A DNA stretch of 44,713 bases, taken from IMG/VR virus record IMGVR_UViG_3300019458_000012, positions 1-44,713 of that record. One strand, 5' to 3'. The notes beneath the pieces were generated by a model. That model was given only the letters and a program-made list of their open reading frames with translations, was not told the origin of the DNA and searched no databases. Below, piece by piece: positions 15,700-22,589 of this stretch (the first letter of the stretch is position 1; every line of letters begins with the position of its first letter). Position numbers and translations under genes: made by a program. The stretch comes from a virus.

Positions 15700-17538
15700 A
15701 TGGAAAAATCCGCGCAACATCAGGCAGCACTGAGGTACGCCGAACGAGGAATTCCCGTTTTCCCATGCGTGGAGAACGAGAAAGCTCCTGCCGCCGAAGG
15801 CGGTTTCAAAGCTGCGTCTACAGACCCCGCGCAAATTAACGCCTGGTGGTCCCGTAATCCGAACTTCAACATCGGTTGCAGCCCCCATGCTGCTGGTTGC
15901 TGCGTAATCGACGTTGACGCGCCGGAAGCTATAGATGAACTCGAAATGGTTTATGGAAAGCTTCCGGCGACCTTTACAATCCGTACCCCCAGGGGCGGAT
16001 TGCATATGTGGTACAAGGGTGCTCTGCCGCCATCTTCCAGCAAACTGGTTAAAAAGATTGATACACGAGGAATAGGTTCCTATGTGCTTATGCCCCCCTC
16101 CGTCATCAATGGCGTCTACTACAAGGTCATTGACAAGACGCCTCCGCAGCCGATCCTTGAAGATATTGTTGAGGCGTTGCGGCCAAAGGAAGGCGCTCAA
16201 GGAATTGCCGCGCCGGATCATGTGCAGGATTTGCCAATTGCAATTCAGAGAGGCCGTGACGCCGCGAAGACTTGGCCTAAAGCTGAATGGGGAACCATTG
16301 ACGATACAACCTATGCTCACTGCGCCGAGCTTGCCGACATGGGGCTCAGTGACACAGCGATTTATGATATCATCAAAGAGTGGTATGAGCGAACTGGCAC
16401 AGAAGGTGATTTGGAACGATTGCATACAGTCGCCGCAAGCGGTGTAAAGAACCGTCAGAACGAGGCTGGTGTTTGGGCTGTGCAAGACCCCAAGGTCCAG
16501 TTCGCAAATTTCGAAGGGCAAGTCTATACGGAACCGAGCAAGCCTTCGAAGTATGCGCCGCTGAGTGAAGAAGAACAATCCGCGTTGCCGCCTCCAACCT
16601 GGCTGCTGCCGAATGTTCTGCCTGCTGATCAATTGGTAATGCTCTACGCGCCTAGCAAAGGGTGGAAAACATTTCTCGCCCTGGACTGGGCGATGTGCAT
16701 TGCCTCTGGCAATCCTAAATGGGGTGCCGTCGAAGCTGGTGACGTTGTTTACATCGCAGCCGAGGGTGCGACCGGCATAGGCAAGGTGCGCCGCCCTGCC
16801 TGGAAGCTTTTGCACAATGTTGAGGGTCCGGTGCCATTTCATGTCGTCACCTATATGCCCCACGTTGCTATGGAAGGGCAGATTGCAGAGATGGTCCAGG
16901 CCATCAAGGATAAGCTTGGAGGGCGAAAGGTGCGCCTGCTGGTAGTGGATACCCTTGCCCGCCTCATGGCCGGTCTGGACGAAAGCGGCGCGAAGGATGC
17001 GGGCATCACGGTTGAATGCCTGGAAATGCTAAAGCGTGAGCTTGGCTGCACTGTGCTCTGCCTCCATCACACCGGCAAGGATGCCAACCGAGGCGAGCGC
17101 GGATCGTCTGCGTTGCGTGCTGGCTTCGATAGCGGACTTGAGCTTGTGGCCGATAAAGCCAATGGCACTGCTGAGGTTTGGGCGCGGTGGCACAAGGATG
17201 CCGAAACACCGGCTGTGCCCTGGCATCTGAAAGCTGAACAAATCATGGATAGCATGGCATTCCGTTTTGCTGAGGCAGATGAATTGCCGATTAAAGACCG
17301 GCTGCTGCCTTCCGATGTAGGTTTCGTGCTCCGCACAATGGGAGTGTTTGGCAAAGACAACGCCGTCCCTTATCACACTCTAGTCCCTGGCATCGCAACT
17401 ATGAAATCATGGACCGAGGCCAAGGCAAAGACGGCAATCAAGGCACTGTCGAAGACCGGCAAGCTTCGCGCCTATGAGCTAGAGCCGGGTGGCCCCTACT
17501 GTTTGTCGGAAGGCGCTGAGGAAATTCCATTCGATTGA
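15700..17538 (+). CDS. Bifunctional primase-polymerase (Prim-Pol N-domain) fused to a RepA/DnaB-like (AAA_25-type) NTPase, 612 aa
   Basis: GIPVFPC, CVIDVDAPE, TPRGGLHMWY (prim-pol). YAPSKGWKT P-loop, LLVVDTLARL Walker B, LCLHHTGKD. It is the only + strand gene inside the - block. Confidence 0.9.
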   Translation: MEKSAQHQAALRYAERGIPVFPCVENEKAPAAEGGFKAASTDPAQINAWWSRNPNFNIGCSPHAAGCCVIDVDAPEAIDELEMVYGKLPATFTIRTPRGGLHMWYKGALPPSSSKLVKKIDTRGIGSYVLMPPSVINGVYYKVIDKTPPQPILEDIVEALRPKEGAQGIAAPDHVQDLPIAIQRGRDAAKTWPKAEWGTIDDTTYAHCAELADMGLSDTAIYDIIKEWYERTGTEGDLERLHTVAASGVKNRQNEAGVWAVQDPKVQFANFEGQVYTEPSKPSKYAPLSEEEQSALPPPTWLLPNVLPADQLVMLYAPSKGWKTFLALDWAMCIASGNPKWGAVEAGDVVYIAAEGATGIGKVRRPAWKLLHNVEGPVPFHVVTYMPHVAMEGQIAEMVQAIKDKLGGRKVRLLVVDTLARLMAGLDESGAKDAGITVECLEMLKRELGCTVLCLHHTGKDANRGERGSSALRAGFDSGLELVADKANGTAEVWARWHKDAETPAVPWHLKAEQIMDSMAFRFAEADELPIKDRLLPSDVGFVLRTMGVFGKDNAVPYHTLVPGIATMKSWTEAKAKTAIKALSKTGKLRAYELEPGGPYCLSEGAEEIPFD

Positions 17539-17679
17539 TACCCTTCATATATTCCACCGTACGCGCACACTGGTCTTCCGTCTTTGTGTCTGGCGCAAAT
17601 GTGGATATGACAACTGGTACAGCACGAACATGAGCCGTCCTTAAACATATGCGGATCGTCAATAAAATTGTCTGGTCTT

Positions 17680-18213
17680 CTATAAACCATTGGAATTTAT
17701 CCAAGCATGATCCTGCGCCTGCGCTTTAATGTACGCGATCCTATAATCGTGTGCATCACAAATTCGCCGCAGAATGCTTTTGATTTCCAACAAGGTCTTC
17801 TGCCCGCAATTTGGTTGCCGCCGCAATATGCCTTCCCAATTGGCGAACCCAGCGAACGCCAGTAAATCCCTGATGTTATGAATGTTTTGGTTTGATAAAA
17901 CTATTCTTGTCCTGGTATTCATCCGGATATGGTCTAAAGGGATGCAGTGAATATCAGTCAGGGAAGCACTGCATTTTTTGAACAGTTCAATTATGTTGTC
18001 TGCCTCCGTCAACCGTTGCTGATATCGCGTTTTCTCCAAAGCTATATGATATAGGCGCGATACACTAGACGCACTCAAACTCATAGCCTTCCCGATACTC
18101 AAAAAAGTCGGGGCTGGTTCAAGTTTTCTTACCCACAGAACAAACTTCTCACGCTCATTTAGTGGGGTCTTATGAGTTCCATACTGCATCATAAGGGGTC
18201 TTATGAGTTCCAT
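17680..18213 (-). CDS. Putative transcription factor: sigma-70 region-4-type HTH plus RNAP alpha-CTD-like domain
   Basis: LNEREKFVLWV...SIGKAMSLSASSVSRLYHIALEK for the HTH. LDHIRMNTRTRIVLSNQNIHNIRDLL...QPNCGQKTLLEIKSIL aligns with E. coli alpha-CTD. The true start may be ATG 18192/18189 (MMQYG) because of the 31-bp duplication. Confidence 0.6.
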   Translation of the reverse strand: MELIRPLMMQYGTHKTPLNEREKFVLWVRKLEPAPTFLSIGKAMSLSASSVSRLYHIALEKTRYQQRLTEADNIIELFKKCSASLTDIHCIPLDHIRMNTRTRIVLSNQNIHNIRDLLAFAGFANWEGILRRQPNCGQKTLLEIKSILRRICDAHDYRIAYIKAQAQDHAWINSNGL

Positions 18214-18225
18214 ACTGCATCATAA
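18164..18225. repeat. Perfect 31-bp tandem duplication (2 copies) across a gene junction
   Basis: ggggtcttatgagttccatactgcatcataa at 18164-18194 and again at 18195-18225. Confidence 0.95.
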
Positions 18226-18612
18226 CATGTCCTCCAGCCCTTCTGTGCCGTCGATAGGTTCTTCTGTTGCATCGACGCCCACGTATGGGATCAATGGACT
18301 ATGCCAGATAAGCGAGCGGTGGCCGAATGTGCGCGGGTTTTTGACGCCGCGCGAGTAGCAACGATTGAGCTTGCCTTCCTTCCGCAGATGATTGAGCCCT
18401 ACGGTCACATAGGCGCGGCCAATATCATCAAGCCCAGGCAAGATACGATCCACAAGATTTGTGGTGCCAATGCGCTCCGTATACACCAGCCGCGAAAGCT
18501 CATTGATAACCAGGTGCTTCAAATCCTCCGCCCTTTCAGGCTTCCGAACCCAGTTAGTCCAATGACCTTTCGCAGCCCAGGCTTGAAACTTTGCAGTTTC
18601 AGAGTTTGCCAT
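18220..18612 (-). CDS. Hypothetical protein, 130 aa (possible winged-helix)
   Basis: Start chosen at ATG 18612 (GAGG 6 nt upstream) rather than 18624. Contains RIGTTNLVDRIL HTH-like text. Confidence 0.55.
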   Translation of the reverse strand: MANSETAKFQAWAAKGHWTNWVRKPERAEDLKHLVINELSRLVYTERIGTTNLVDRILPGLDDIGRAYVTVGLNHLRKEGKLNRCYSRGVKNPRTFGHRSLIWHSPLIPYVGVDATEEPIDGTEGLEDML

Positions 18613-19033
18613 TGTAAGCCTCATAAAATGGGATTGCGAGTGAGCGCCGGAAATTCATGTTGGCTGCACCTTTCGCTTCTTTACGTTCTTTGACCAACAC
18701 TTTGAACTTTCTGTCAAAGGTGTTGTGTTTGATCCAGCCACCACAAAGCCTATCGCACAGCTTGATATAATCTCGCTCATACCGGTCTGCAATCGCGTGG
18801 TAAATTTTGCCACGGACGCTATAAGCCTCCGTAGCCTTTTGCGTAAACAATACACGTTGTTCATAATCTGCAATGAGTTCAATGCCACAGTACCAGTCGA
18901 AAACCATGGCATAGCGCACCACCCTGGCCTTGGTTACGGTTGTTTTCTTACCAAAGCGATTATAGAACAACCGCTGTGAACTTTTGCAAAATCCAGCTTC
19001 TTTAAGCTGGCTCAATTTAAGAATGCGAGCCAT
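18599..19033 (-). CDS. Hypothetical protein, 144 aa
   Basis: Start chosen at ATG 19033 (GGAAAGGGAAAG upstream) rather than 19051. Confidence 0.55.
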   Translation of the reverse strand: MARILKLSQLKEAGFCKSSQRLFYNRFGKKTTVTKARVVRYAMVFDWYCGIELIADYEQRVLFTQKATEAYSVRGKIYHAIADRYERDYIKLCDRLCGGWIKHNTFDRKFKVLVKERKEAKGAANMNFRRSLAIPFYEAYNGKL

Positions 19034-19427
19034 CTGTCTTTCCCTTTCCATTGTGATATTTATAGAACGTCCTAGGCTTCTTCCAGCGCCGGTCCGGTGA
19101 CGAATAGAAGTGAGTGTCCAGCAAATTCCAATAGCGGCATTGGCATATGCGAGCTATCGTAAACTTGCGGAATTTGTCATCATCGTATCGGGCAGGATGC
19201 AGCCTTTCGGCCAATGATGCCGTTCCTATCTCTGCACCATCCGGCAACTGTGCCAAGAATTGCTTGATACCCAGGGCGAGCGCCTTCAAACGGTCTGCTT
19301 GCTCCGGCTGTCTTGCATCCCACATGGGTTTCCCTTTGGGATCATTGAAACTATCCTCCAGCAGTTTCGCAACCCAGGGCGGCGAATTAAAGAGAAAGGG
19401 ATCGTAAACCTCAAATGCTTTTCTCAT
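19017..19427 (-). CDS. Hypothetical protein, 136 aa (possible winged-helix; weak paralog of 18220..18612)
   Basis: ATGA overlap with the upstream small ORF. Contains EIGTASLAERL and KKPRTF. Confidence 0.55.
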   Translation of the reverse strand: MRKAFEVYDPFLFNSPPWVAKLLEDSFNDPKGKPMWDARQPEQADRLKALALGIKQFLAQLPDGAEIGTASLAERLHPARYDDDKFRKFTIARICQCRYWNLLDTHFYSSPDRRWKKPRTFYKYHNGKGKTDGSHS

Positions 19428-19573
19428 TTTATCCGTTTTCCTTTCTGCCCCATGGCAAAATCAAACAGGGCTTTTGCCAGCCAATGCAGCATGGGAACAT
19501 TCCATGCCATCCACATAGCACAAGTGGCAGGCGGTTCATAAATTCTTTTGAATATGCGCATCATAAAAATCAT
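19424..19573 (-). CDS. Possible small hydrophobic protein, about 45-49 aa
   Basis: Fills the 108-nt gap. Its stop overlaps the next start (ATGA). Start is uncertain (19573, 19564 or 19561). Confidence 0.3.
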   Translation of the reverse strand: MIFMMRIFKRIYEPPATCAMWMAWNVPMLHWLAKALFDFAMGQKGKRIK

Positions 19574-19850
19574 TTTGTAGTTTCCCGTTGCCGCGAAAGC
19601 TTGGCTTGAATTCAATGATGTTGTCATCAATGATTGCATCCGGTCGATAGCACCTGCTTTTCTGCTGCGGAAAGTATGAGCTTGCCGGATGATAATTCGG
19701 TGCCTTCGGATCAATGTCTTGCGTCTTGCGCTCTATTTCCTCAAAAGCACAGCAGCGCCCTTCCTCAAGCCGCCTAGGCCAGATGGGGAAAAATGAATGC
19801 CACTCTCTTTTGCGATCATATTCTTTATCTGCTTTGTTTCGGCGCTTCAT
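19536..19850 (-). CDS. Hypothetical protein, 104 aa
   Basis: RBS ACGGAG upstream of ATG 19850. Preceded by hairpin/18-mer cassette copy 3. Confidence 0.6.
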   Translation of the reverse strand: MKRRNKADKEYDRKREWHSFFPIWPRRLEEGRCCAFEEIERKTQDIDPKAPNYHPASSYFPQQKSRCYRPDAIIDDNIIEFKPSFRGNGKLQNDFYDAHIQKNL

Positions 19851-19869
19851 CGTCTTACTCCGTTGTCAA

Positions 19870-19917
19870 GATATCACTAGCGATATCCTAATGCCCTGAG
19901 ACATTGCCCCAGGGCAT
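19870..19917 (-). promoter_or_regulatory. Intergenic cassette copy 3: hairpin plus 18-bp quasi-palindrome
   Basis: - strand ATGCCCTG-(11 nt)-CAGGGCAT (19917-19891), then GATATCGCTAGTGATATC (19887-19870), then TTGACAACGGAG and ATG 19850. Confidence 0.6.
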
Positions 19918-19927
19918 AGAGATGCCG

Positions 19928-20275
19928 TTAGTTGAGCACCGCGCCTGCCGGTGCCCGAGAGCCAGCATCCGCTTCCTGCTTTCGCAATACCTCATTAAAG
20001 ATATCGCCGATAGGCCGCGTTGCATCTGCTGGAACATCCTTTTTGCTTTCCGCCAACGCAAAGACGGCAAGGTTACCAAGGATGACTTCACAAGCTGCCC
20101 TCATCCGGTCCAAAGCTCCGACTGCATCCAAAGGCGGCAAGCGCATGACCGAGTTAAGAAAGTCACGCTCTGCTCGCGTGTTTGCTTTCAATTCCGGCGA
20201 GTACCCCGCCGGCATCTTGTCAAACGCTTCATCAGACACGGGCTTATTCATGTCAATTCCGGATAGTGTCTTCAT
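19928..20275 (-). CDS. Hypothetical protein, 115 aa (paralog of 21343..21681)
   Basis: RBS CAGGAGAAAGACT. Shares DFLNSxM ... PIxDxxxxxxxxxA with the paralog. Confidence 0.6.
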   Translation of the reverse strand: MKTLSGIDMNKPVSDEAFDKMPAGYSPELKANTRAERDFLNSVMRLPPLDAVGALDRMRAACEVILGNLAVFALAESKKDVPADATRPIGDIFNEVLRKQEADAGSRAPAGAVLN

Positions 20276-20292
20276 AGTCTTTCTCCTGTTTG

Positions 20293-20919
20293 CTATAATC
20301 CCAGGGCTTCACAATGAAGCCTGGAAACGTAGTCTGCACTTTCGTATTTGGCCGGGAACCGAGAGCGCAAATAAATGCACCAGTCATCCCACAGCGCCTC
20401 ACAACCTCCAGCACGCCGTAGCAATGCCTGGTAGGCAGTAAGATATTCTGCACGCTTGGCAGGGCGAGACCTCTTATAATGCCAAGCACGCAAATAGATA
20501 GGCAGGGCTTTACGTCCCGCCAATACTTTAAAACGATTTACATTGTGACCGTCAATGCAGCCGCCGAGGCCAAAGGCTAGTTGCGTCACAAATCCGCCTT
20601 TGACTAATCCGAGCCCAGGCATAGCGCCAAACATGGCGAGCAGTTCCCGTTCAGCTTGATCCGGATCAGCAGTGCAGGATAATTCCATTGCATCATTATA
20701 GATTGACGCCTTATTGTCCTGCACATGCTGATAGGCATCGCGCTTGAAGCCCCACAAGAATTTGCTTTCGATACCTTCCCGGTCAATATCCTTCATTGCG
20801 CCTGGTACAGTGTCAAGGGATCGCTGCACTGTTGCATATACAAACGTAACAACCCGCGCGAATTCATCCGGGCCGCGCTTGGCATATGCAGCAATTCGAG
20901 GTTGATGACTTTCAAACAT
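20293..20919 (-). CDS. Protein with an endonuclease-III-like helix-hairpin-helix (HhH-GPD-like) motif, 208 aa
   Basis: MPGLGLVKGGFVTQLAFGLGGCIDGHNVNRF aligns by eye with E. coli Nth [31 protein letters not shown], including the Asp. Confidence 0.45.
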   Translation of the reverse strand: MFESHQPRIAAYAKRGPDEFARVVTFVYATVQRSLDTVPGAMKDIDREGIESKFLWGFKRDAYQHVQDNKASIYNDAMELSCTADPDQAERELLAMFGAMPGLGLVKGGFVTQLAFGLGGCIDGHNVNRFKVLAGRKALPIYLRAWHYKRSRPAKRAEYLTAYQALLRRAGGCEALWDDWCIYLRSRFPAKYESADYVSRLHCEALGL

Positions 20920-21112
20920 TTTTCTGCCCCCGGATCAAACTCAAAAGTTCCCTTTCGCTAAAGCCCCCTAGTTGCATTGATGAAAGCCAGAATACGTCAA
21001 CAGGCTTATCCGCATTTGCCACAGCGGCGCGTACGGCTTTTGGAAAGCGATCATATGCCGCCATCTTTTGTTCCGCTCTAAGCTTGCGGCGTGGACTGCT
21101 AACGTCAATCAT
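20912..21112 (-). CDS. Hypothetical protein, 66 aa
   Basis: ATGA coupling at 21109-21112. 8-nt overlap with the downstream start. Confidence 0.5.
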   Translation of the reverse strand: MIDVSSPRRKLRAEQKMAAYDRFPKAVRAAVANADKPVDVFWLSSMQLGGFSERELLSLIRGQKNV

Positions 21113-21285
21113 TGTTTTGCTGCCTTCACAATATGGGCAAAGGGATTAGGGCGGCGCTTGCCTTCGATCCTATTCAGATGCACCCATATGCCTGCCCAAT
21201 ATCCAAACATGGCGAATTTGTATCTGCCCAGGCTATCAATGGCCTTGGCTTCCGCTTCCGCAATGGCTTTCTCTATCGTTTGCAT
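21109..21285 (-). CDS. Hypothetical protein, 58 aa
   Basis: Start moved to ATG 21285, which has AGGAG 5 nt upstream. Sequence MQTIEKAIAEAEAKAIDSLGRYKFAMFGYWAGIW. Confidence 0.5.
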   Translation of the reverse strand: MQTIEKAIAEAEAKAIDSLGRYKFAMFGYWAGIWVHLNRIEGKRRPNPFAHIVKAAKQ

Positions 21286-21342
21286 GTGTGCTCCTAACAG
21301 TTTTGTAAGAGGCAGGATTGCGCCTGCCCCTAGCAAACTTGT

Positions 21343-21681
21343 TTAGTGGACTGTATCGCCTTCCCCAGGCGCGGCATAGCCTTCCGGGGTTGCCGCCGCC
21401 CGTGCTTCAATGCCTTTCAGCAAATCCCGGATAGGGGTGCCGCCCAGGTTCACAGTAGCCTTGCCGGTTTTTGTCGGCAGCATGGACAAAGCGCCCAGCA
21501 TGGCAAGCTTTTCCACAATTGCCGTCAAGGCAGATGACATGCCATTAGCGGCTTGCCCTGCATTCATGATATCAAGGTCCATAAGCGAATTGAGAAAGTC
21601 CTTTCCCAATTGCCTCGACCTGATAACGGCGGGGTTGTCTCTCTTCATGCTTTCGGCTTCAATCTTTTTAAGGTCAATCAT
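21343..21681 (-). CDS. Hypothetical protein, 112 aa (paralog of 19928..20275)
   Basis: Preceded by 75-bp repeat copy A, which supplies its RBS. Confidence 0.6.
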   Translation of the reverse strand: MIDLKKIEAESMKRDNPAVIRSRQLGKDFLNSLMDLDIMNAGQAANGMSSALTAIVEKLAMLGALSMLPTKTGKATVNLGGTPIRDLLKGIEARAAATPEGYAAPGEGDTVH

Positions 21682-21691
21682 AGCTTCATTT

Positions 21692-21766
21692 TCCTGTTAA
21701 ATGATATCACTAGCGATATCGTAAGGCCCATGGGCTTCGAACCCATGGACCTAGCGATCCCGTTAG
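21692..21766 (-). repeat. 75-bp intergenic repeat, copy A (stop, hairpin, 18-mer, RBS)
   Basis: Identical to 22093-22167. Hairpin arms at 21725-21734 / 21742-21751 with a 7-nt loop. 18-mer at 21703-21720. Confidence 0.95.
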
Positions 21767-22083
21767 GCGGCGCGTTCAGCTTTGGCCACGTACTCTCGCA
21801 ACACTGCCAATGAACTGTCATAGGTAGGGATTGAAGGATCAACCTTGGCGAGGCCATTGTTGTCGAGGCCCCGCCCGGCAATGCCGCCCGCAAGCTTCGC
21901 CGCAAACAATGACAGATCAAGGTTTGTCGTATCAGGCCGCCCATAGTGTTCCGAGAAGGACAGCCAATAGCCGACAAGGTAAGAACGCCGTTCAACCGCA
22001 AAGCCTTTCTCTTTTGCTCTGGCAAAAAACTTTTCTGCGTCGTCGGCGGCGGCAAGCAAACGTATTTGATCTTTAAGGTTCAT
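21763..22083 (-). CDS. Hypothetical protein, 106 aa
   Basis: RBS ACAGGAGAA supplied by repeat copy B. Stop TAA lies inside repeat copy A. Confidence 0.6.
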   Translation of the reverse strand: MNLKDQIRLLAAADDAEKFFARAKEKGFAVERRSYLVGYWLSFSEHYGRPDTTNLDLSLFAAKLAGGIAGRGLDNNGLAKVDPSIPTYDSSLAVLREYVAKAERAA

Positions 22084-22092
22084 AGTGCATTC

Positions 22093-22167
22093 TCCTGTTA
22101 AATGATATCACTAGCGATATCGTAAGGCCCATGGGCTTCGAACCCATGGACCTAGCGATCCCGTTAG
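22093..22167 (-). repeat. 75-bp intergenic repeat, copy B
   Basis: Identical to 21692-21766. Hairpin arms at 22126-22135 / 22143-22152. 18-mer at 22104-22121. Confidence 0.95.
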
Positions 22168-22589
22168 TTATAGTGTGAGCCGGTCACAAATCGAATGCCC
22201 ATCTCATTGTCTTTTATCACATCCGCATAGGCTTCAACGGCGGCCATATGCACACTTATTGACTGCGTATGAACATTGTGTATTTTGCTATACCAGAGTC
22301 TTGCACCACCCGGCCAATGCTTTGTATAACCCAGGGCAAGCAATTGCTTTCCGGCTTTTGTGTTCAAGCGGACTTCCGGCGCATGTACCCAGGCGAAGCC
22401 GCAATCGAAGCCGCGCTCGTTCTCAGGCGGTAGCTTTGCATCCGCTGCATTTGCAGCAACTTCTGCGGCCCATCCCATGAATGCTTTCTCACTGATCAAT
22501 CCGCCTGATACGGCAAATATGATATAACTGTTAGCGCCGGTGGCAGATGAATGCCCCCAAACGCCGCCGTTGTCTTTCGCATGGCCCAT
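22164..22589 (-). CDS. Hypothetical protein, 141 aa
   Basis: Start moved to ATG 22589 (ACAGGAGA 7 nt upstream). Contains the GFDCGFAWVHAP motif, not recognised. Confidence 0.6.
   Translation of the reverse strand: MGHAKDNGGVWGHSSATGANSYIIFAVSGGLISEKAFMGWAAEVAANAADAKLPPENERGFDCGFAWVHAPEVRLNTKAGKQLLALGYTKHWPGGARLWYSKIHNVHTQSISVHMAAVEAYADVIKDNEMGIRFVTGSHYN

Noticed and set aside
16364-16374. An extra TGATATCAT extended -10-like match inside the primase gene
   Set aside because: It is an isolated match within coding sequence, without the rest of the 18-mer or a hairpin. It is probably chance.
15643-16863. 406-aa ORF on the - strand
   Set aside because: It lies antisense to the clearly motif-bearing prim-pol/helicase gene. 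Its translation is Arg/Cys/Leu-rich with no motifs and no RBS. It is a typical shadow ORF.
19424-19714. Full-length 96-aa track ORF
   Set aside because: The N-terminal half is Arg-rich nonsense and overlaps the better ORF 19536..19850. Only the last 45-49 codons or so are plausibly coding.
21692-22167. tRNA gene or attP core, because of the GGTTCGAAGCC T-arm-like hairpin
   Set aside because: No complementary 5' acceptor strand, D-arm or anticodon arm can be found upstream in either copy. No integrase is encoded anywhere in the genome. I kept it only as a tRNA-like RNA element hypothesis.
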